Shown here: piece by piece, positions 49,141 to 62,029 of the stretch
How positions within the stretch are numbered: position 1 is the stretch's first letter
How the letters are laid out: each line of letters starts with the position of its first letter
Assembly: GCA_951406725.2 (NCBI GenBank)
Contig: OX597814.1
Coordinates: 202,926,001-202,990,000, forward strand
DNA from: Octopus vulgaris
Lineage: Eukaryota
Direction of reading: 5' to 3'
DNA length: 64,000 nt
Notes under the pieces: model-generated
What the model saw: the letters and a program-made list of their open reading frames with translations, nothing else
Told to the model about the DNA's origin: nothing
Database searches by the model: none
Translations under genes and position numbers: made by a program

Positions 49141-49547
49141 CTTATTTCTTTACTGCCCACAAGGGGCTACACACAGAGGGGACAAACAAGGACAGACAAA
49201 TGGATTAAGTCGATTACATCGACCCCAGTGCATAACTAGTACTTAATTTATCAACCCCGAAAGGATGAAAGGCAAAGTCAACCTCGGGGAAATTTGAACT
49301 CAAAATGTAACGGCAGACGAAATACCTATTTCTTTATTACCCACAAGGGGCTAAACACAGAGGGGACAAACAAGGACAGACATAGGTATTAAGTCGATTA
49401 CATCGACCCCAGTGCGTAACTGGTACTTAATTTATCGACCCCAAAAGGATGAAAGGCAAAGTCAACCTTGGCGGAATTTGAACTCAGAACATAACGGCAG
49501 ACGAAATACCGTTAAGCATTTCGCCTGGCATGCTAACGATTCTGCCT
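49141..49547 (-). mobile_element. Family A SINE tandem dimer
   Basis: Same junction (GAAATACCTATTTC) at ~49319-49332. Confidence 0.9.
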
Positions 49548-50721
49548 TTCCTTAAAGATGTTACTAGTAAACTAAAGAGAAATGAAGAAGATTAAAGAAA
49601 GTGCTTGCTAAACAAAGTCTGTATATTTCTTACGTAGAACAGAAACTGTTTTTAAAGAATTTTCAGTAAATGGTATTCCTAAAATGTTGCTATAATTAGT
49701 TTTAATGATTATTAACTAATTTTGTATCAAAGTGTGGGAACAATTAATGTTAGTTATAATTAATCTGACAAACCTAACCAAATGATTAATACAATCTATT
49801 TCTTTATATCAGTTTAAATCAGCTGATAGTTGACCAGTCAATTGGCTAAAATTTCAAATTATCTATTGGTCTTCTTAATTAACAAATTAAGAGATGATAG
49901 CTACATAATTCAAATTACATGAAATTTCTTTTTGTTAAAATAGCCATGTGGTTAAGTTGACTGCATGGCATTTTGGCTGAGTGTCTTCTACTATAAGCGT
50001 AGGCTGACCACAACCTTGAGAGTGGATTTGATAGATGGAACTGAAAGAAGGCCAGTGTATATGTTTGGGTTTGTGTTATCTTGTCTTAAAATCCCATGAC
50101 AGTTGTAAATGTGTGTCTCCATCAGGCAATCAGTATTGTCTGTTTCCTATCTTTTATGAAAAATGTCAGGTCTTGAGGAAATATCAGCTTGCTTGGAAAC
50201 AATTGAGGGTCGGTTACAGCAAGGGCATCTGGTTGTAGAATTGCACCTGACCCATGGAAGCATAGAAAAGAGGATAAGGGTGATTGCTAGAGGCACTTTA
50301 AAACAGTATGGATTGAAATGTAGATGTGTACACTTATAATTTACATGTTCATGTACACTGAGCAGGAAAAGTCTTTCACTGTAGAAATGTTTTCAGGAGA
50401 GAAATTCTCATTATAGACATTGTGATGTGAAAAATACACCACTGGGCTACGAATGACATCACTGGATGCCAGACATGCGTTTCTATGTTGCTACACTTCA
50501 TCACCAAATCTGTCATTCACAACCCACTAAGAACTGCTATTCTTATATTTTTGAACAGCATATAGTAAATTTGCTGGTGTGTGCAAAGCTTTGTCAAGCT
50601 GGAATTAGTAATTAATTAACTAGATGTGCACTGAGCAATGTTGATTGAAGTCTAGGCATGTACAATCATATTTAACATGTTTGTACACATACAAACATGT
50701 AAAGACTTTCACTGCAGAAAC

Positions 50722-51020
50722 TCTCATCATCAGCAGCATTGTTTAACGTCCATTTTCCATGCTGGCATGGGTTGGACGGTTTGACTGGGGACTGGCAAGC
50801 CAGGAGGCCGCACCAGGCTCCAATCTGATCTGGCAATGTTTTTACAGCTGGATGCCCTTCCTGATGCCAACCACTCCAAGAGTGTAGTGGGTGCTTTTTA
50901 CGTGCTACCAGCACAGAAGCCAATGGGGGTGGGGAGGCTGGCATTAGCCATGTTTGGATGGTGCTTTTTACATGCCACCAGCATGGGAACCAGTCAGGTG
51001 GAACTAGCAACAACCCATGC
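50722..51020 (-). mobile_element. Family D retroposon
   Basis: Conserved 3' block and internal repeat units. Confidence 0.82.
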
Positions 51021-51811
51021 ATGAATGGTATCTCTGGAAAGAAATTCTCCTTGTAGACTTTGTGAAATACTTCTGCATGATATTTCAGACAAATGGTTTG
51101 GCTGTTATTCCATCTGTTGGTCAACAAGAATTTGGAATTAAATTTAGATTGCTTGAGAAAATTGAATTTGGTTAAAAACTATACTGTTTTGAATACATTC
51201 TATATGGGCTGTCATGTCTGCACGTATCACGCTTCCCCTGTACTGTAAATTGTAAAATAATTTTGCTGTATTTATTTGCTAACGTGTTAGCTACTAAACT
51301 GGAGATTTATATTTATCATGGTTTAATTGATTTATAACAATACTTAAAGCATTTCTTTTTAAATAAAGAAAGCATGACCATCATGAATATTAAATTTATT
51401 TTACTACTTCATGTTTCAATAAATACAGAATGCCAGTTATATATCTTGTATAATCTGTAGATTTAGATCATATCAACTTTCTTATTCTGTTATTTTTTTA
51501 GTATTACATTACAAAATATAAATATCATTTATAAGTAATTTTGTCGCTGTCTGTGCTGTTGCAATACTCTTCATTAAAACAGTAATAATTATCTTTAAAT
51601 ACTTTGGTGATTGTTTGCCTTTATAAAAATATACGAAATTACTGTTTCTTTTAGTATGGTGGCCTTTAATATTTACAATTCAATATATTTGCACCCACAG
51701 ATTTTCTATTAAATATTCTCTAAATTTCATTATCGTTATTTAATGTCTTCTTTCCATATATATACACACACACATGTGTGTGTGTGTGTGTTAAATGGAC
51801 TTCTTTCAGTT

Positions 51812-52020
51812 TCTTATTTCTTTATTGCCAACAAGGGGCTAAACATAGAGGGGACAAACAAGGACAGACAAATGGATTAAGTCGATTATATCGACCCCAG
51901 TGTGTAACTGGTACTTATTTAATCGACCTCGAAAGGATGAAAGGCAAAGTCGACATCGGCGGAATTTGAACTCAGAGTGTAGCAGCAGATGGTGTGTTAA
52001 CATTTTTGCCAGCTCGCCAC
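51812..52020 (-). mobile_element. Family A SINE inserted in a family C SINE
   Basis: TSD ggacttctttcagtttct at 51797-51814 and 52021-52038. Confidence 0.87.
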
Positions 52021-55000
52021 GGACTTCTTTCAGTTTCTGTCTACCAAATGCATTCACAAGGCTTTGGTTGGCCCAGGGCTATATATATAGTAGAAGAATT
52101 TATTAAGGTAGCTTAGTCATAATTAAGCTGGTGTTTGGAACATAAATTTACATGAAATTTTAATGAAAGGTTTTGATTTAGATCACTTTAAAACTGGAAA
52201 TTTGTGATGTAGAAGCAGGATCTGCCTCAGAGACAGGTTGCTATCAAAATAGTTAAAGGATATAAAGCAATGCATTGACTTGAATGCCATAAAATAAATG
52301 TTTTAAAAAGTGTAATATTGATTTCTTGCCTAGATCACTGCTCTATTGTGAGGAGATCTATCTGGTAGGAATTGAACTTCTACTACCAGCTAAGGAATCA
52401 CTTGTAAGTATCACAGATGTTGATACCCACAGCTATGAGTTATAACTCAGAAAAGTCCACAGAATTTTGCATTTTCTTCACTGGCAGATGTCACAGCATT
52501 TTCATCATCACTATCATCGTTTTCATCGTTGTTCATTTTAAGTCCGCTTTCTCATACTTGCATGGGTCAGGGGGAGTTTGTTGAAGCAAATGTTCTCCAA
52601 CCGGACACCCTTCCTGTTACCAGTAATTACCTGTTTCTAAGTAAGATAATGTTTCCCCACAAGAACGGAAACAAACAACACTGCTTTACAAATATTGCCC
52701 AGTGTCAAGCTAAGAAGACAGAAACGCTCACGCCAATATTGTTAATGACATTTGTTCTGTAGTATTTCTATTTGGTCTGAAGCCAGACTGAAAAACTTAA
52801 AATTTATTTCTCCATTGTTGTGAGAAGTTCTCGATTAAAGAGGTATTCACCTATGTAGCACATCGGTGATAATCCTCTCCAGATTTTCTGGAAAGTTGCA
52901 GATTCCTTTCTTTTCTTTCTCCGTTCTTTTGGCAGATCATCTCTAATGATTATAGAATTCATAATTGGTCAGAGAAGTTTGGCACAGAGAAAATTTGTAG
53001 CACATCTGACAGAACTTTGTCTGGTTGAGCAACTTTTCCACAAACAATTAACTGTGTAAACACAGGACAGCAATTCAAGATATCCAAAGTTTTCTCTGAA
53101 GTTCCAAATCCATTCATTAATGCTATTGCATTAGTTCTTGTACATTAATACCAATTCCTATATTTGTACTCGTGTTGGCAACAATAATGAATTTGAGAGA
53201 GATCCAGTCATACTTCATGGTGAAAGACTTGCACCTTACCATTTCATAATTGTTTAAAATGTTGAAGAAGTTAATGAGACCGAGTGGCAGTTTGGTGGAC
53301 TTTGTCCTTGAGTGAGTTTTTAAGTGCCTTTTCCAGCAAAACGAGCTGCAGGTAACAGGATATGAACCACTAACCTCTCATTTTTTCTCTCGTGATAATG
53401 AATTCAGAGATGAAGAAACAGTTTGTGGAGTTGTATTATCATCATCTTATGTCTGCTTTCCATGCCAACATGTGTTGGATGGGTTGTCACAGAATTGTTC
53501 GTTATTGGGAGCCACCCAGAACACTCTGTAAAGTTGTTGGTTTTAGGAATGGTATCCAATATGCAGTTGTGAAAATACAAAAAAAAAATACAAAAAAAGC
53601 CATTGGCTCCCTAGTTTGGCCAAAACTGTCTACAGTATTGCTCCTGTATTACTTGGTGCTTCTAAAACCCTAATTCATTGTCAATCTATCAGAGACCCGC
53701 TGTAGTTTGTGCACCCACTACTGGCAGTAAATGTACAGCGTTGAGTTCCTGCTAATGACCAAACCAACACACAGACAATGAAACACAATTGCACATCTGA
53801 ATGGAATAGATAGATGCTGTTCTAGTAATGATGTCAAATAAAAAAGGATAATCCTTCTTCTATGGGAGGTTATTGACATTTAGACATACGTGTTGAAGCC
53901 AAACAGATGTAAAACTGTTTGCTCTGTTATATATTGCAAAGGTATTAGCAATTACACATTTGTTCGGCAGGCATATAAAAAAAATTAATCTCACATCTAC
54001 AACCATGTACAATGGTTAGATTATTTCTACATGCCCTTTGACTACTTCAGTCTGTGGCTGCAAGTTCTTTATTCAATTATATTCAATGCAAACATAGAGC
54101 TCAGATTGTGAGTTATGTCTATCATGAAATAGATGCTAAATCATTTGCCTTTATTGAGATCCTTTTTACACTGTTGCATATGATAGTCAATCACTAACTT
54201 CATACAATACAAACCTCAACAAAAATTGTTCTCTGAAATAGATTTGGCTTTGATGAAATTATTGATATGACACAAAGAATACAAAACTTGTTTTTTGTTT
54301 GTTTGATTTTGAGGCTTTTTTCTTCTTTTTTTTTCTTTTCGGTTTTAATTCAATACAGAAAGCAGAAAATACTGCAACAATCTTGGTCATCCGTTTAAGT
54401 TATTCATGTTATGTAACTCTATAATTTTATGATAAAACAGAGCCAGTAAAAATGTGTTTGGTTTTATGATTCTTATCTCAGACAGAGAGAGAGAAAGACA
54501 AACCTCAAAGGGAAAAACTAAAATCTGTTTGGAAAGTTACATATTATATTGCTTTATGAAAAGAAACAAATTTCTTAACTTTTGTATTAATATGAATTAG
54601 ACATTTTAAAACTAGTTTCCTATAAACTATATTCAACTTTGTTTTCTTTAAATATTGTTTTCCATCCAACGCCATTGTAAAAATAACTTGATAGAAATAG
54701 TTAAGCTAATGCCAATTTACTAAATATAGTAAGCATCAAAAATACTATTAAAAATAGTTATACAGCAAAGAAAAGACAGCATTTACTTTAGTGACTAATG
54801 TTTTAATCATTTCAGCATGTACAACAGACATTATTTAGTCTTATATTTCATCATTCTTGTTGAAAGAGTGATTTGTACAATATTGAGCACCTATTTTGTG
54901 ATTTTATAATCACTTCTTTGGTAATATAGTGATGTCTTTGATTGGCTGAGGAAGTCACATAAGACTGAGACATACCCAGAGTTGTCTCCCATACTTATTG

Positions 55001-56124
55001 AAATGATTACTCAATGAACTAATGTTGTCTTTCCACATGATTGTTAAACTTTTCATACTCACTATATATGTTAACTTTAACTTAACTGTTGTCATTTATG
55101 CCGATGGCATCTCTGAGTAATATACTTGGCAATTCATTCATTTATTTATTTTTACATAGATGCTTAGTGATAAACAACTTTGCACTACATAGCAACAACT
55201 CTCATAATTTAATTGTTCTGTAGAAACTGTTCTTCTGTTTCACAGAAATACACCAGATAAAGAAAACAGCCTTTATTAACTCTACTTTTAGAGTGTTTTA
55301 GAAGGAGATATCTAATTAGAACTCAGATTAGTATTCCCCAAAAATTCCCCCTTTACTTATTACAATAATCTGTTGCTTATTAACTACAGTGATCTAACAA
55401 AATTAAATTGTTCTCTCGCCACCAAGTTATTCACAATTTTAAGCCTTTAAAATTTGCATTATTCTCTCACTTCAAATTTTACAATTTAATGTCAGATATT
55501 TCTTTTTTTCCTTTTATCTGTTGAAAGATTGGAGCAAAGGATTGTTTTGTGTTGGTATTGAGACTTAATTCTTAGAACATTAATACAGATGGTTTTGTGT
55601 TTTTGTGAACTAACTGCATAAAATACTTTTAAATCAACTTTCAGCCTTTAAAAATGCTGACTGAATCTATTTTGAGATTGGCCATAGATTAAATATTTAA
55701 CAATAATTTTGTTTTTAGTTTATAGCTGTGGTAGACAGTATTTAAAGGCAAGATTTTCAACCAGTTATTGGGAAAGATAGAGAGAGAGCCAGCAGGGAAA
55801 GATTGGCAGAGAAATACTTTGTAAAATAGATTCTGAGCTATGACAAATATATTTAACTTCATCTTGTCAAATAAAGTTTGATTTTAAAGCAGAAATAAAA
55901 TTATTCGAAATTATAATGAAGCATTTTATTAGAGATATTTACATAGGAAAAATGAAAAACATATATTGATTTTGAAAACATGCTAAGAGTTAACATTATT
56001 AAAATAGAAAATGCTTCTATCATCATTATAATGAATAAATAATGAAAAGCAAGATGATTGAAATATGCAGTGGGAAGAGGTGTAAATATCTCCATTAATA
56101 TCCTCAAAGTTCATTCACATAATC

Positions 56125-56990
56125 ACAGGTAAGGCTGTGTGGTTAAGAAGCTCACTTTACAACCAAGTGTTTTTGAGTTCAGTCCCACTATATGGTACCT
56201 TCAGCAAATGTCTTCTACTATAGCTCCAGGCTTACCAATGCCTTATGAGAATTTAGTTGATGGAAACTGTAAGGAAGCCCAGTGTGTGTGGGCATGTGTG
56301 TCTTTGAATTTGTTCCCCTTCCCCGTTTGCTGTGCTTGACAACTGATCTAGGTTCATCAATGTTTCCATAACTTAACAGTTTATCAAAGGAGACTGATAA
56401 AGTGTCCAGCTTTCAAAAATAAGTACCAAGTCAATTTATTCCACTGAAAACCCATGAAGGCAGTGCCCCAGCGTGGCCACAAACCAATAACTGAAACAAG
56501 TAAAAAATAATGTTAGGACTTGTCTTTCAGCAATGGTTGTTGTCAGACAACACAATTCCTCTCATTAATTCTGTAATTTTCATAAGGGCAGGCATGGCTG
56601 GATGGTTAACAAACTTGCTTTGTAATCATGTGGTCTTAGGTTCAGTCCCACTGCATGGCACTTTGGGCAAGTGTCTTCTACTATAGCCTTGGGCCAACCA
56701 AAGCCTTGTGAGTGGATTTGGTAGACAGAAACTGAAAGAAGCCTGTTGTATATATATACATATGTATGTGTATATGTGTATGTATGTATTTGTGTGTCTG
56801 TTTGTCCACCACCATCATTTGACAACTGATGGTGGTGTGTTTACGTCCTCGTAACTTAGCAGTTCAGCAAAAGAGACCAATAGAATAAGTACTAGGCTTA
56901 CAAAGAATAAGTCCCAGGGTCAATTCATTTGACTAAAAGGTGGTGCTCCAGCATGGCTGCAGTCAAATGACTGAAACACATAAAAGAAAA
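56125..56990 (+). mobile_element. Two family C SINEs (old ~56125-56505; younger full-length ~56590-56990)
   Basis: A/B boxes, internal microsatellite and tail. Confidence 0.85.
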
Positions 56991-58189
56991 AAGCATAACC
57001 AAACCAACACCAAAGCAGAACAAGTAATATATCTTCAAATATCATTGTTCATTTATCACAAACAAAAGAGACAGGAATCTGTTACACTTATTCTGAAAGA
57101 AAACCTGGAAAAAAAATTGAACCATAGAAAGCAGTTTCCATAGTTTAATGCTAAATACCAAAAATAGATCAATATGGAAAGTAATCTAGTTTATTTCAGT
57201 ATCAAACTGATGTACTCTTTGATATTGTGAATAATACAACAGCCTGAAGATAAAATTGTAATTCTTCAATGTATTTGTCAATGATTGTTGCAGAAATCAC
57301 TTCCAGGAGAAATTAAGCACAAAATAATGTAATTCCAAAAAATGCCTCAAAAATTTAGTTTAAATTAAATGAAATGACAATTAAAGTAAGAACAATTGTT
57401 ATTCTGAAACAAAATAATTTTCTTGATTTCAATGTCTGAAGTTAAAACAAGTTTTACCACAAAGAACAGTTTGTTAGTGTTTGTTGATGTTTAACAAGAA
57501 GTTGACTCTGATTGAGCAAACAAACCTATGAAAGGCATTCCAGCTATGACCATCCTGTCTTTTACCCAGATATAGTGTATCCTATGCTATTTTTTTCCTT
57601 TTTTTTTTTCATGTTTCTTCCGTTTTTCTTTTTTTTTATTTTGTGGTGGGAAGGACATTAAGGTATGGTTTTAGAAAGATTTAACTGCTATTTCTAACAG
57701 GATGACTGCTTATCTAGAGGCTCACTAGTCAGCTCTGAATGTAATATGATGACACCTACTTCAATGTTCTATATGAGACCAGCACTATAATTGAAGGTCC
57801 TCTCTAGTCTTTTATGGAAGATGCTCTATATAGAAGCAAATTAGCTGGATAGAAAATCTCTGTAAGAGATGAAAGCAGTAATGTTTATCACTGCTTCTAC
57901 ATGGCTGTGCTGTAGGAAGCAGAAGTAGTAGAGTGACTTAAGGTCCAAGAGTTTCATGTGTTGGCACTTGTCAGACTAAGTGCCAACGCACGAAATCCTC
58001 TGGCCTTGAGTTACTCTGTTACTTCTGCTAAATATTAATATATATGTATGTTTGTGTTCCTTATGAAGCACATCTCCAAAATTGTAGATGTTATGTTTAT
58101 ATGGGACATGCATAAGATTTGAAAAATACTGGAAACTATTTTTCACAGAGAAAGCACATTTCAAAACAGAAGATACAAAAAAGTATTTA

Positions 58190-58430
58190 GTATTATTTAT
58201 TCACCGTTACACATGTTCCATTTGCTCATAGGAGTTACATAACTGTACATGTAGAAAAAACATAAAATATCTCCTATTAGAAATTCTTCTGACAGAGAAT
58301 TCAATAATATTGTTATTTTATTCCCTATCTGCAGAATTTCTAATAGGAGATATTTTATGTTTTTTCTACATGTACAAATCTGTAACTCCTATTATCAAAT
58401 GAAACACATGTAATGATGAATAGATAATAC
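58190..58430. mobile_element. ~240-bp near-complete fold-back palindrome (MITE-like)
   Basis: tgtacatgtagaaaaaacataaaatatctcctattagaaatt is perfectly inverted as aatttctaataggagatattttatgttttttctacatgtaca; imperfect pairing continues outward and into the centre. Confidence 0.75.
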
Positions 58431-59479
58431 CATTATCCTGTTTTGATGCATACCAGTTGTACTTATTCCAACATTCGTTGCTATCTGAAGATGGAAACCT
58501 GAATCTTGGAGTAATGAATGATTAGTTGATCACTAAATGTAAGTAACGGAGATAGTTGAATACCAAGCTTTACACATATGAGAGACTGATAGTTCTGGAG
58601 TGGTAAATCAGTGAGAAAATGAACAGACAGATGACTGATTAATGCTTGCTAGTTAACCTCTGGGTTGCTGATAAATCACACTGTGGAAATGTTGTGTATT
58701 GTGGCTTGATTAAATATTAAACAGCATCTGTTGAAGAAAGTAGAGTGAGCAGAACAAACAAGAGTTTGATAGGAACATATATTGTAAGTTGTCAAATTTA
58801 AGATTAGCAAAATGTGAGTTAATTACAGTGAAAATAAATTTTAATTTAAGAGAAAGAATCTTTATAATTGGCAGAGTAAGAAAAGTGCTATTTAAAGAAT
58901 TTTAATAGGTGTCTGGTAAAAGCCAAGACGCTTCTGTTATCAGTTAATATAAACAACGAATTGGAAAGATTACTTTCTTAGTTTAGATATTAGAAGAGAC
59001 TGAAGGAGGAATCGAGAGTGTTTGGATAATTCAAAAGACACAAACCGAGTGTCACTGTGATTACTGTGGGTAACAAGATTAAAACTTCACTGTTAAAAAC
59101 AAATGGTAGAATCAGTAATGTTTTCTATGAAGATTAAATGAATATTAGCTTAAAACTCAGAAAAGCATAAAGATATATGCATGTGTACATGGAGATTCAC
59201 ACGTACATGTTTGTGCGATGGCTACAATTCCATCTCGAGCAGTGAAACTGCTTGATTGTTCTCTTAACCACGAGCAACATGGATGTGGATTTTCAGTTCT
59301 GTTTGACCGACTGACCAACTTTTGCATAAATGTGGCAGTGATGGATACCTCTTGCAGCAGACGTTCAGAGAGCTCACCACTCATACTGACACGTGCCTTC
59401 ATTCAATCCAAGAATTTTTCATTGAGTGTTTTGGGTTTTTTTCAGCTACAGCCAGCTATAGTATACAACACAAAATAGC

Positions 59480-59732
59480 TCCCATGCCAGTGGCGCGTAA
59501 AAAAGCACTATCTGAACATGATCAATACCAGGCCAGCCTGACTGGCTCCTGTGCCAGTAGCATGTAAAAGCACCCACTACATTCTCTAAGCGGTTGGTGT
59601 TAGGAAGGGCATCCAGCTGTAGAAACTTTGCCAGATCAGATTGGAGCCTGGTGCAGCCACTGGCTCGCCAGACCTCAGTCAAACAATCTAGCCCATGCCA
59701 GTATGGAAAACGAATGTTAAATGATGATGATG

Positions 59733-59735
<3 letters not shown>
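59480..59735 (+). mobile_element. Family D retroposon
   Basis: 3' block and (GAT)n tail abutting (TA)n. Confidence 0.82.
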
Positions 59736-59776
<41 letters not shown>

Positions 59777-59785
<9 letters not shown>

Positions 59786-60181
59786 GTGAAGGGAAGAAAT
59801 GGAGCTGAACGAAGATTCTACAGAATTCCTTTTATTATTTTCTACACATGTTTCAAAGGCCCATTTGTTTTGGAGTTTTAAATTCCTGGATTTTCCTGAA
59901 GAGAAAGCTGCAAAATGGTCTCCTTATTCAGTCCGAATTTGGAAATTTGCGGCCTTTGAAACATGTGTAGAAAATAATAAAAGGAATTCTGTAGAATCTT
60001 CGTTCAGCTCCATTTCTTCCCTTCACTAAATATATTAAACTTCAATTATCCGCGCTAAGGCACGGTTGCGACACCCCAAGGTCGTAACTCCAACCGTGTT
60101 TTTTCTGTTGTGATTTTTGCTACCCAGGTATCGGTTAAATTTTGAATAATCCTTAACAAGATAATTCATTTATCCATTTCA

Positions 60182-60186
<5 letters not shown>
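59777..60186 (+). mobile_element. Young Penelope-like insertion in (TA)n with 5' inverted duplication
   Basis: Perfect 85-bp inverted repeat 59777-59861 / 59951-60035, one-sided 150-bp extension, (TA)n on both flanks, embedded hammerhead motif. Confidence 0.8.
59890..59975 (+). ncRNA. Type-I hammerhead ribozyme motif
   Basis: Stem I ATTTTC(59890-95)/GAAAAT(59970-75); core CTGAAGA(59896-902); stem II GAAAGCTGCAAA/TTTGCGGCCTTT; GAAAC-ATGT-GTA with a 2-bp stem III and palindromic ACATGT; predicted cut after 59969. Confidence 0.75.
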
Positions 60187-60221
<35 letters not shown>

Positions 60222-60899
60222 GTACATTGATGCAAACAGGAAAAATAGAATCAAAATATGAGTATGTGTATGTTTTTATTATATTTAGCAGAAGTAGTAG
60301 AGTATGTTAAATGAATCAAGAGAGGCCTGAAGTTGAAACTTTCTAGAAGAGAGGAAAGGCCTTACACAGGACCAGTTCTTCACACTACGCAATGTATGCA
60401 TTTGTCTCAAAGAAGAATTAGTCAACATCATTGAATGAAATCCAAATGGTTACATCACTGTTTTCGTTCTCTTAGAGAAATGTTCAAACAAAGATTAGGG
60501 GTCTCTTACTCCCAGCTGTTGGATGACTGAGTCCATCCACCTTTCAACAGGTTTTTGCTTCTTGTCCTGCAGAGTATTCATTATGTGTACATATATGCAT
60601 ATTTCCATAACCAGCAGGTTGATAGTGTAAAAACAGTTACATTTGGTAGTCTGTGAATATGAAAACTAATAATACGTTTAGCCCATAAAGCACTGGGATT
60701 TGCACTTACATAGCATGGACTGCTGAACACATTTTATGAAAATGAGACTACTATGCACCTAAGTCCGATGAGTATCTGAGGATTTCTTCTGATTGAGAAG
60801 ACTAATTATACATACAAAAGTGTTTGGTAACATTTTGTCCGTAAATGGTTCATAATTTATAATATTGTATTAATTGTATGCACACATACATACATATTT

Positions 60900-61200
60900 A
60901 CATATGATCACGTGATCACATGACCGACCAGTCCATCAGATGTAGTTACACATCGCTGGTCACAATGCGTTCGCATTGTTTTAGCCTTCGAATGACGCCA
61001 CCCCACTGGCTAAGCGAGCAGGCCAACAGAAGAAAGAGTGGTGAAAGAGTACAGCAGGGATCACCACCCCCTGCCGGAGCCTCGTGGAGCTTTTAGGTGT
61101 TTTCGCTCAATAAACACTCAATGCCTGGTCTGGGAATCGAAACTGTGATCCTACGACTGCGAGTCCGCTGCCCTAACCACTAGGCCATTGCGCCTCCACA
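60900..61200 (-). mobile_element. tRNA-derived SINE (family E subtype), near full length; older relative at ~61270-61530
   Basis: Minus-strand head TGGAGGCGCAATGGCCTAGTGGTTAGGGCAGCGGACTCGCAGTC...GTTTCGATTCCCAGACC; flanked by catatttacatat repeats. Confidence 0.82.
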
Positions 61201-62029
61201 CATATTTACATATATACATATAATATACACACAAGCACATAATGTGTGAGTCTCACAGTGGCAACCAGAATATTGGATGTTATACATCGCTGGCCACAAT
61301 GCACTTCACATTGTTTTAGCTTTCGAGTGATGTCACCCTATTGGTTAGGTAAGCAGACCGGCATTCCCCTGATTGGGAGACTATTCTGTTGCAGGGTGGT
61401 CCGTTTACAGCTGAGTGGACTGGAGCAATGTGAAATGATGTGTTTTGCTCGAGAACATAATGCGCTGCCCAGTCTAGGAATCGAACCCATGATCCAGCAA
61501 TTGTGAGTGCAATACCCTAACCATTAAGTCAAGTGTGTGTGTGTGTGAATTGCAGAAGTTCAGTGAAAGTATCTCATTACCAGTAAATTATTTATTGCTT
61601 ATAGGGAGAAAGGGAGGGAGAGAGAGAGAATGGACAGAAACATGCTTGCATGGTGTTTCATATTTGAAAGACCGATTTGAAATAAAACAAGGTGTGAAGG
61701 TGAACGAGACTTAAGATCAATGGACGAAGGTTGCTGTTAATACAGTGTAGCCAGTGCAAATAGCTGGAGTAGGGTCCCCCCCTCTCTCTCTCTTCCTCTC
61801 CTTCTTTTCTTTCTCCCTTTTTGCTAGTAGATGAATAATCAGAAATATAGCTGTGCTAGATTCCATGGAGTAGGTGACAGTATAAGCTGTGATGACCCGA
61901 AGATCAAAGTTCGCCAGGAGAAATGGAGAAGTTTTCTTATTAATGTGAAAGAAGGTGGTAATAAAAGTAAATATCAAAGTTATAAAGAAATGAATTTGTT
62001 ATTGGTTGTGGGGTTGGGTCTTTCTTTGA

